From: Macrostomum lignano | Taxonomy: Eukaryota | Direction of reading: 5' to 3' | Length of the DNA stretch: 64,000 nt | Assembly (NCBI GenBank): GCA_002269645.1 | Contig: NIVC01000224.1 | Span: forward strand, 414,185 to 478,184 | Part shown: positions 13,321 to 22,609 of the stretch, piece by piece | Position numbering within the stretch: position 1 is the first letter of the stretch | How the letters are laid out: every line of letters starts with the position of its first letter | Notes under the pieces: generated by a model | Told to the model about the DNA's origin: nothing | Seen by the model: the letters and a program-made list of their open reading frames with translations, nothing else | Databases searched by the model: none | Position numbers and translations under genes: made by a program

Positions 13321-14748
13321 AAATAACTCCCGAAAAAGGCATGTGTAATCTCGTATAAACCATAGACATTAAGACTTTGTTGTTAAACGAGGGTGGGAAG
13401 CTTAGCTACCCGCGGATCAGCCCGGGGTGGGCTCTGCCGCTGGGGGGCACTACCAGGGGCCAAGGCATTAGCTGTCCAGGGCCCGAGATACCCCTTGGAT
13501 ACATTGGGATTGGACCCAGCTTAAAGCTAGGGAAAGGGCGAGTTGACCCAAGCCTACGGTACAAGACACCGCCAACCCAAACAGTGGAATCAGGGACGGT
13601 GCTAGGACCGAGTCCACCCAGGCCACCCCCCCAGCTAGCGAGTCCTCGGGAGTGCGCAGAAAAATTGGAGAGCGAAATGCTACTAAGGAAGCGGTCCGAG
13701 TGAGGAGTTACTCCTAAACCTACGGAAATGGCTTAAACTATTGGAGCGAGTCTGGGCAGCTAATTACCACGAGCGATCCTATACAGGGGGTTCAGGAGCC
13801 CTGAAGGTCTCGAGCCTCAAGGCTTTTCACTACCCAGCTCTATTTTGGAGTGAGTCTGGAAGGCTTGTATCCGAGGGGGAGACTCCAGGCGGGAAGACCG
13901 TCCACCTCTATTGCTACCAGCCCAAGGGCATCGCCTATCCAGCTCATTATTGGGGGCCAGGCCAAGGGGTCGGGAGAAGAGGCACCCAGGGCAAGAGGAC
14001 TCCGGACTCAGCCGTTTGTCCCCGGTTCGGGACGAACATCCTTCCCAGGACACCAATCCACTGTCAGGATGAGAGCCAGAGACACGCAAGCAGGGACCTT
14101 TCAGCAGGAGCCAGGAGATGGACCCGAGGACAGGGCAAGATGGACCGGGCAGGGGCAGAGCTCAAAACTCCGTAGGTTGGAAGGCTTCAAGTGGCCAGAT
14201 AAAAGAATAAAATAATAAAAGCCACAAAGGCACAAAGCTAGGGATAAAACAGCGCTGGGATGCCAGCCCAGAAAAAAAGAATGGCAGAAGGGAGGAGCAC
14301 CATAGCCCTAAAGCAGGCAGCTTGCCGACCTGCAGCCCGGGTGCACAGCCTCAGGGCTGGCATGCTACTGGGTCTACCGTACACCTTTGTGAATTGGTCA
14401 TTCTTTCCTGCAGGGCGGGTACGACCGGGGGGCTCAGTCCCGTCCTAGCCACACTGCAGTCCAGAGAACCTACTCACTCCAGGCACCACCCCCCCCCCTA
14501 AACCAAGGCCGAGGGCCGAAATTCTATTGGTTAGAAAAAAAGAATAGGGTTTAGTATTTGTAATGGGCACAGCCCCTCCGGGGCGGACCCTTAGAAATTG
14601 GCATAGCCAATCGGATTGCGCACAACCCTTAGACAAGCTGCCAGAGAGACAGCCAGGGTAAAAACAGTCAGAGACCGAGGGATTTATGAAAATAACTCCC
14701 GAAAAAGGCATGTGTAATCTCGTATAAACCATAGACATTAAGACTTTG
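13321..14748. mobile_element. 1.3-kb GC-rich insert bounded by 59-bp perfect direct repeats; solo-LTR-like
   Basis: Identical 13321-13379 and 14690-14748; insert has TGTT (13381) and AACA (14663-14666) ends and several CCAAT boxes; no recognisable ORF or short TSD. Confidence 0.45.
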
Positions 14749-15348
14749 CGGGATATTATTGAATATTACCAAATAAAATCCCGGAAAACGCAAATATTGT
14801 CACGGAAAGTCTTTATTTCTATGGATTATATACATTACTATCATAAAGGCAAAATACGCAAATGTAACTACTAAAAAGAAGTACGAGTAAATAGGTGTTT
14901 TTTCCTGAATAACACATCTTGCTTTTTTTAGTATCTGTAAGCCCACCGCATATTTATTTATCTGTTATTTGTTTTAGTGTCAAGACAAAACTTAGTCCCC
15001 AAGGGTAGAAAACTCTAGATCTCTGTTTAAAGCACCCAGTGCCATGGATAGGAGGATTGAGACCAATAATACCAAAGTACCATGCAAGTTTAAATCCCTA
15101 GTGATACTTGGTTTTGAATCTAGAATTAAAATTCTGGCTATCGAAGTTGGATGCTTTAAATATAAGTTTATAAACTTGTTATTTACCCTCTCATTAAGTC
15201 ACTCTCGCATTGCCCTTTTATGGTGATTAACCTAGAGTTGGCAGATTTCAGAAGTAATTATTCATACAAGTTAGCTTTGCGTCAAGAAATGGTTTTCTGA
15301 TTTCTGTATTAAATTTTACTATAATATCTTTTTTTCAGTTACAACTCA

Positions 15349-16863
15349 ATGTCCGAACCGAGCACTTCTTGTTTTATTAAATGCTGCAACGATCCCGCAT
15401 GTGGCACTGGTATTCGAATCCCACAGCCATTGTGTGAGAAACACATTATGCAGGACATAGAAATTGTGCGAGTACTATGCAAAAATATGCAGAAGAAGCT
15501 GAAGCCATGGCTAAAACTGCAAAAAGAATTTCGGATGCAGCAGCAAGCTCTGTCAGTTGAGCTGCAAGAGACTGAGGAGCTGTTTGAGTCGGCTGTGGAC
15601 TCGCTGATGAAGTGGAAGGCAGCTGTGACAAAGCGACTGACTGAGAGACACGACAGCGTGTTGCAGAATCTGCAGCAGTTGTCCGCTCTGCAGGAGTATG
15701 AGCGAGAAGTGACGGACGCAGAAACGCACAATGACTTCAATAAAATGTTTGAAATTTCTGGCGCATTCGATATTGAAAGTGAAGAGTTACAGGTGGTATT
15801 TGGCACGACTATTACCGAAGACTCTGAGCGAGGCACTGGAAGGACTGTGGGCGATGTGAGCGGCTGTGTGAGGGACTTGCAGCTGCTGATTGACAGACAC
15901 CTGAGTGATGTGATGCAGCTGTGCGAGTCAGCAGAGCCTCTTACTGCACAAAAGCCAATCTGTGAGTTTCAGTCTGAAATAAAAGATCTGCCGGGTTCCC
16001 CTCTCCATGTGTCATCAGGCAGCAACACGCAAGGCTTTTACGTGGACTCTCAGAGAAAGGTGGTCAAGGAGGTCACTGACAGAGAGCTCCCACAGCCGTG
16101 TCTCTTCATTAGTTTTTGTCCTAATCATAAGATAAACCACCTTCTTGCCTGCTCAGTCGACGGCTTAGTGAAAGCGCAGCTACAGCTCGACATTGATGTC
16201 TCAAAAACTGTTGTAGGACTCTGCTGTGACAGCAAGCGACAGAGTCTTTATGTCGCCCAGTTTGATGTAGTGAAAGTGACGGACCTGAGCGGCTGCGTGA
16301 CGCAGGTTTTGAACTCTAGCAGCCTGGGACAGCCAGTTGACCTTATTGCTTTGTCCTGCAGCTCTGACAAGATATTTGCTTTGAGCAAAGGCAATCCAGA
16401 ATGGTCAGTGCTGTGCATCGATAAAGACAGCGGTCAGCTGCAGACCAACATTACCTTAGTTGGTGTCTGTCCGTCCGCTAAATCCATCGAGGGAATGTCA
16501 TTAATTGACAACGCGCTGCTGCTCACAGACTATGCTAATATTTACAAAGTGTGCATCGCCAGCGGTCAGCTGATCTCGACTTACCCGACCAAGCGAAGTC
16601 GCCTTGAAAAGTTTCGTAAATGTGCTGGTGTCGCGGCTCATCGGTCGGGTCTGCTGTTTGTCAGCGAGTATTCAGGGCAAGTGCTTCGTTTGATGCGGAG
16701 TGACGGCACTGTGCTGCAGACTGTCGATGTCGAGTCTCAGACTGGCAGTGGCAGGAGAAATGTTGATAGCCCGTTTGGCTTGGCGATCATTGAAGGGTGC
16801 CCGAAGGTGCTGGCGGTGTGTCAATATTCAAAATCCATTGGCCTGTATAAGTTTACTGTGTGA
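15349..16863 (+). CDS. RING-less TRIM-like/NHL protein, copy 4 (504 aa)
   Basis: Intact ORF paralogous to copies 1 and 2; ATG 10 nt after TTTCAG acceptor (ends 15338). Confidence 0.8.
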   Translation: MSEPSTSCFIKCCNDPACGTGIRIPQPLCEKHIMQDIEIVRVLCKNMQKKLKPWLKLQKEFRMQQQALSVELQETEELFESAVDSLMKWKAAVTKRLTERHDSVLQNLQQLSALQEYEREVTDAETHNDFNKMFEISGAFDIESEELQVVFGTTITEDSERGTGRTVGDVSGCVRDLQLLIDRHLSDVMQLCESAEPLTAQKPICEFQSEIKDLPGSPLHVSSGSNTQGFYVDSQRKVVKEVTDRELPQPCLFISFCPNHKINHLLACSVDGLVKAQLQLDIDVSKTVVGLCCDSKRQSLYVAQFDVVKVTDLSGCVTQVLNSSSLGQPVDLIALSCSSDKIFALSKGNPEWSVLCIDKDSGQLQTNITLVGVCPSAKSIEGMSLIDNALLLTDYANIYKVCIASGQLISTYPTKRSRLEKFRKCAGVAAHRSGLLFVSEYSGQVLRLMRSDGTVLQTVDVESQTGSGRRNVDSPFGLAIIEGCPKVLAVCQYSKSIGLYKFTV

Positions 16864-17359
16864 TTTTTGAAATACATTGGGATATATTTGTAGCATTAAA
16901 GCTTGCTTGAAGTTGTGTTAGTTGTTTCCTTATCTCCTTTTATTGTCGCTTTAAATAACTTAATATAACTGAAATAACACTATAAATAATAATTGATGTC
17001 TCATGTTTAGTATTTAGCTAGAGAAATGAGAAAAAATTGATATAAATTGTACATGAATACGAGTAGTTCCAGTTAAAATTTTATAAATTGCCATACTTTC
17101 TCACTCTTTTCTGATCCCCCACTTGCAGCATCGCCAGACCTGCACTGTTTTTGTGCTTTTTGTTGCTGTCCGCGCTAAATGTTTTTTCTCTATATTTGAC
17201 CCACTAGTTTAGCTAAAAAGTTTTTTGGCGAAGAATATACGATAAATAGACTAAATTTATGCAATGCTCAAAGTGCTTTTTTAACTTTCTGCGTTTGGAA
17301 TAATTAGGTAGCTCCAAATGTAACTAGATTTGCGTGAAATATTTCAACTTTCCCTAAGG

Positions 17360-17957
17360 CCCCAAGCCTTCCAAATCCCCCAAGCTTCCCAAATCCCTTA
17401 TGCTTCCCAAATCCCCAAGCTTCCCAAATCCCCCATGCTTCCCAAATCCCCCAAGCTTCCCAAATCCCCCAAGCTTTCCAAATCTACCCAGGTTCCCGAA
17501 TTTCCCAAGCTTCCCAAATCCCCCAAGCTTTCCAAATCTATCCAGGTTCCCGAATTTCCCAAGCTTCCCAAATCCCCCATGCTTCCCAAATCCCCCAAGC
17601 TTCCCAAATCCCCAAGCTTCCCAAATCCCCCATGCTTCCCAAATCCCCCAAGCTTTTCAAATCTCCCAAGCTTCCCAAATCCCTCAAGCTTTCCAAATCC
17701 CCTAGCTTCCAAAATCCCCCAAACTTCCCAAATTCCCAAGCTTCCTAAATTCCCAAGCTTCCTAAATTCCTAAGCTTTCCAAATCTACCCAGGTTCCCAA
17801 ATCCCCCAAGCTTCTCATATCTCCCAAGTTTCCCAAATCCCCCAAGCTTCCCAAATCCCCCAAGCTTCTCAAATCCCCCCGCTTCCCAAATCCCCCAAGC
17901 TTCTCAAACCCCTAAGTTTCAGAAATACCCAAGCTTTTCAAATCCCCCAAACTTCAA
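17360..17957. repeat. About 18-bp minisatellite (CTTCCCAAATCCCCCAAG)n
   Basis: Tandem copies; generates PKSPKL-type spurious ORFs. Confidence 0.92.
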
Positions 17958-18032
17958 AAATCTTTTAAACTCTAAGCCGTTTTTTAATTGTGTCTTACTG
18001 ACTCTCAGTTCTGTGTAAATATTGCAGTTATT

Positions 18033-20830
18033 ATGAAACAAAATATGGTCTCCGCTATCAAGTCTGGCCAGAGTCCCAACGCGGACACATTCGATGACCT
18101 GCCACTAAACGATACACTGAAACGCTCCATCCGTAACCATGGTTTTATCGAACTGTCTACAATTCAAAATCAAGCTTTCCCTTTGTACTTGAATGGGGAA
18201 AATGTGTTTGTTCAGTCACCGTCTGGCACTGGCAAGATGTCTATGGCCGCAATTTCAGTTCTGCAATCAGTGAAACTCCCAAGTTTGAGCTCTACAAATC
18301 CTGACAATCCTGTTCTGAGTCGTACTGCTCAAGCTTTGGTGCTGACTCCGACTAGGGAGATGGCTCTGTCAGCGAGCTGCATGTTTAATGACCTGGGAAA
18401 ATCAATGGGCGTATTGTGTTGCGCCTGCGTTGGAGGTATTAAGGTTTGTGATTTGGCGTATCGAATAGTTCTATTGGCGTTGTCTATTAATTATGCCATA
18501 ATTATTTATTAATCGTTCGATCCCATTTCCCCAGCCGCGGGATCAGAAGACTGAGCTAGATGCAGGCGTGGACATTGCGATCGGCACCCCAGGCCGAGTT
18601 GAAGACTTAATCAATCGAGGATGGTTGAGCACTGCTCAGATACGATTGATAATCCTCACTGAGACCGACGATTTGATTAGACGAGGTTTCAAAAACAATC
18701 TGATTAACATAACTAGTCAGATGCCTGAAGGTTTGCAGGTAGGCTGTGCTGTGCTTTGTTTAAACCTTAAAACAATATATTCCATTTTTTTTAGTAAAGA
18801 GTCGCCGACCAAACTCATTAAAGAATCGCCGTCAAAAACCAAGAAAGAATCGCCCTCAAAAGCCAAGAAAGAATCGCCCTCAAAAGCCAAGAAAGAATCG
18901 CCCTCAAAAGCCAAGAAAGAATCGCCGTCAAAAGCCAAGAAAGAATCGCCCTCAAAAGCCAAGAAAGAATCGCCGTCAAAAGCCAAGAAAGAATCGCCGT
19001 CAAAAGCCAAGAAAGAATCGCCGTCAAAAGCCAAGAAAGAATCGCCCTCAAAAGCCAAGAAAGAATCGCCCTCAAAAGCCAAGAAAGAATCGCCCTCAAA
19101 AGCCAAGAAAGAATCGCCCTCAAAAGCCAAGAAAGAATCGCCCTCAAAAACCAAGAAAGAATCGCCCTCAAAAGCCAAGAAAGAATCGCCGTCAAAAGCC
19201 AAGAAAGAATCGCCCTCAAAAGCCAAGAAAGAATCGCCCTCAAAAGCCAAGAAAGAATCGCCCTCAAAAGCCAAGAAAGAATCGCCCTCAAAAGCCAAGA
19301 AAGAATCGCCGTCAAAAGCCAAGAAAGAATCGCCGTCAAAAGCCAAGAAAGAATCGCCCTCAAAAACCAAGAAAGAATCGCCCTCAAAAGCCAAGAAAGA
19401 ATCGCCCTCAAAAACCAAGAAAGAATCGCCCTCAAAAGCCAAGAAAGAATCGCCCTCAAAAGCCAAGAAAGAATCGCCCTCAAAAGCCAAGAAAGAATCG
19501 CCCTCAAAAGCCAAGAAAGAATCGCCCTCAAAAGCCAAGAAAGAATCGCCCTCAAAAGCCAAGAAAGAATCGCCCTCAAAAGCCAAGAAAGAATCGCCCT
19601 CAAAAGCCAAGAAAGAATCGCCCTCAAAAGCCAAGAAAGAATCGCCCTCAAAAGCCAAGAAAGAATCGCCCTCAAAAGCCAAGAAAGAATCGCCGTCAAA
19701 AGCCAAGAAAGAATCGCCCTCAAAAGCCAAGAAAGAATCGCCCTCAAAAGCCAAGAAAGAATCGCCCTCAAAAGCCAAGAAAGAATCGCCCTCAAAAGCC
19801 AAGAAAGAATCGCCCTCAAAAGCCAAGAAAGAATCGCCCTCAAAAGCCAAGAAAGAATCGCCCTCAAAAGCCAAGAAAGAATCGCCGTCAAAAGCCAAGA
19901 AAGAATCGCCGTCAAAAGCCAAGAAAGAATCGCCCTCAAAAACCAAGAAAGAATCGCCCTCAAAAACCAAGAAAGAATCGCCCTCAAAAGCCAAGAAAGG
20001 ATCGCCCTCAAAAACCAAGAAAGAATCGCCCTCAAAAGCCAAGAAAGAATCGCCATCAAAAGCCAAGAAAGAATCGCCCTCAAAAGCCAAGAAAGAATCG
20101 CCCTCAAAAGCCAAGTAAGAATCGCCCTCAAAAGCCAAGAAAGAATCGCCCTCAAAAACCAAGAAAGAATCGCCCTCAAAAGCCAAGAAAGAATCGCCGT
20201 CAAAAGCCAAGAAAGAATCGCCCTCAAAAACCAAGAAAGAATCGCCCTCAAAAGCCAAGAAAGAATCGCCGTCAAAAGCCAAGAAAGAATCGCCCTCAAA
20301 AACCAAGAAAGAATCGCCCTCAAAAGCCAAGAAAGAATCGCCATCAAAAGCCAAGAAAGAATCGCCCTCAAAAGCCAAGAAAGAATCGCCCTCAAAAGCC
20401 AAGTAAGAATCGCCCTCAAAAGCCAAGAAAGAATCGCCCTCAAAAGCCAAGAAAGAATCGCCCTCAAAAGCCAAGAAAGAATCGCCCTCAAAAGCCAAGA
20501 AAGAATCGCCGTCAAAAGCCAAGAAAGAATCGCCCTCTAAAGCCAAGAAAGAATCGCCCTCAAAAGCCAAGTAAGAATCGCCCTCAAAAGCCAAGAAAGA
20601 ATCGCCCTCAAAACTCATCAAAAGCCATCAAAGAATCGTCTTTCAACTTCCTGAAAAGTTCATCTAGCACTTTAAAGAAACGCCATGCCGCTGACTAAAG
20701 CTCCGAACCTCCATCATTTCAGGTGCTGATATTCTCGCCTACAGCTCCAGTTGAATTGATGGAATTGTTAAACAGTTTGAACTTGAACCCAAGCCCAGTG
20801 CATGTTCGACCTAATCTGGACCGACCGTAA
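18033..20830 (+). CDS. eIF4A-like DEAD-box protein, N-terminal RecA domain only, catalytic motifs degenerate (240 aa; exons 18033-18443, 18535-18738, 20723-20830)
   Basis: Q motif (GFIELSTIQNQAF), motif I SPSGTGKM, Ia PTREMA, GG, Ib TPGRV, motif II TETD, motif III SPT, then TAA at 20828; GT-AG introns keep frame. Confidence 0.8.
18820..20635. repeat. 24-bp minisatellite (AAGAAAGAATCGCCCTCAAAAGCC)n, about 75 copies, in intron 2 of the eIF4A-like gene
   Basis: Highly homogeneous tandem array; reads KKESPSKA in the frame of exon 2. Confidence 0.97.
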
Positions 20831-21394
20831 AACTTGATATCTGATTAACGAATCTAACTTTTTGCTCCAACCTAATTATTGCCTTAATCATGTCACATCT
20901 AATCATTCAGTATCCTTGTTGTTATCGCACTGCGAACTTGGCAGTTATAAATCATGTTTCCATCTATACTAAAAAAAATAATGAAGAATCTGAATGAACG
21001 CCGTTCTAAGACCTAATTACACGAGCAGAGCCAATCACTTTTAATTGCAGCTTATAGCGACCTTGACAAAAAGCCGAAGCTGTGATGTAAATTCGTATTT
21101 TATATATTTTTTATTCTAAAATTGTTTTAATAATTGAAAAATATACTATGCAAAACTTTTCAAGCTTTTTATTTTCTTACTAAAAGTATATGTTTTAGTC
21201 ATTGTCTAATAATTTTAACTCCCTGTTGGGTAGACAAAAGTTTTTTTTCTACTAGAGTTTTAGATGTTTTAGAATGTCCAAAGAAGTTGAGAAAGCTCAA
21301 TAATAGCAAAAATCTGAAATTGCATTTTTTCTAGCCTAAAATTCGACTTCCCACTATTTCACTGTCAGCAATTAGGGTTGCGGTTAAGGGTTTA

Positions 21395-22460
21395 GGTTAG
21401 TTTATTAGTGGTTGGTTGGCTTTGGTTGGGGTTGCCTTTGGTTGTGGTTTGGGTTGGTTGTAGTTCGGGTGGTTGTGGTTCGGGTTGGTTGTAGTTCGGG
21501 GTGGTTGTGGTTCAGGTTGGTTGTAGTTCGGGTTGGTTGTAGTTCAGGTTGGTTGTAGTTCGGGGTGGTTGTGGTTCGGGGTGGTTGTGGTTCAGGTTGG
21601 TTGTAGTTCGGGTTGGTTGTGGTTCAGGTTGGTTGTGGTTCAGGTTGGTTGTGGTTCGGGTTGGTTGTAGTTCGGGGTGGTTGTGGTTCAGGTTGGTTGT
21701 GGTTCGGGTTGCTTGTGGTTCAGGTTGGTTGTGGTTCAGGTTGGTTGTGGTTCAGGTTGGTTGTGGTTCAGGTTGGTTCTGGTTCGGGTTGGTTGTAGTT
21801 CGGGGTGGTTGTGGTTCGGGTTGGTTGTAGTTCGGGGTGGTTGTGGTTCAGGTTGGTTGTGGTTCGGGTTGGTTGTGGTTCAGGTTGGTTCTGGTTCGGG
21901 TTGGTTGTAGTTCGGGTTGCTTGTGGTTCAGGTTGGTTGTGGTTCAGGTTGGTTGTGGTTCAGGTTGGTTGTGGTTCAGGTTGGTTCTGGTTCGGGTTGG
22001 TTGTAGTTCGGGGTGGTTGTGGTTCGGGTTGGTTGTGGTTCGGGTTGGTTGTGGTTCGGGTTGGTTGTGGTTCGGGTTGGTTGTGGTTCGGGTTGGTTGT
22101 AGTTCGGGGTGGTTGTGGTTCAGGTTGGTTGTGGTTCAGGTTGGTTGTGGTTCAGGTTGGTTGTGGTTCGGGTTGGTTGTGGTTCAGGTTGTTTGTGGTT
22201 CAGGTTGGTTGTGGTTCAGGTTGGTTCTGTTTCGGGTTGGTTGTAGTTCGGGTCGGTTGTGGTTCAGGTTGGTTGTGGTTCAGGTTGGTTGTGGTTCGGG
22301 TTGGCTTTGGTTGTGGTTCGGGTTGGTTGTGGTTCGGGTTGGCTTTGGTTGTGGTTCGGTTGGTTGTGGTTCGGGTTGGTTGTGGTTCAGGTTGGTTGTG
22401 GTTCGGGTTGGCTTTGGTTGTGGTTCGGGTTGGTTGTGGTTCGGGTTGGCTTTGGTTGGG
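21395..22460. repeat. About 16-bp GT-rich minisatellite (GGTTGGTTGTGGTTCA/G)n
   Basis: Tandem copies in the spacer between the eIF4A-like and TEX10-like genes. Confidence 0.93.
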
Positions 22461-22609
22461 GTTGTTGTTGTGTTAGTGTCGACAAGCAGGTGTGGAGTGC
22501 CCCAGTCGTAACATATTGCTGCATACCCTTTTAAGCATTGACATCTCAGCAGCTTATTTCAGACATTATGCATAACGATATCTTAAACAAATATTTCAGC
22601 TGCCAAGCC

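Noticed and set aside
4978-15836. Conserved minus-strand ORFs MPRSESS... (4978, 9241, 15339)
   Set aside because: Antisense shadows of the TRIM-like paralogs; conservation follows from the sense genes.
18717-20621. 634-aa and 565-aa minus-strand ORFs (LAFEGDSF and LRAILSWL repeats)
   Set aside because: Alternative readings of the stop-free 24-bp array; no unique coding sequence or splice context.
21395-22511. Telomere-like or Gly/Val-rich ORFs in the GGTT array
   Set aside because: Unit is a 16-bp GGTTGGTTGTGGTTCR, not TTAGGG; ORFs are repeat artefacts and the position is interstitial.
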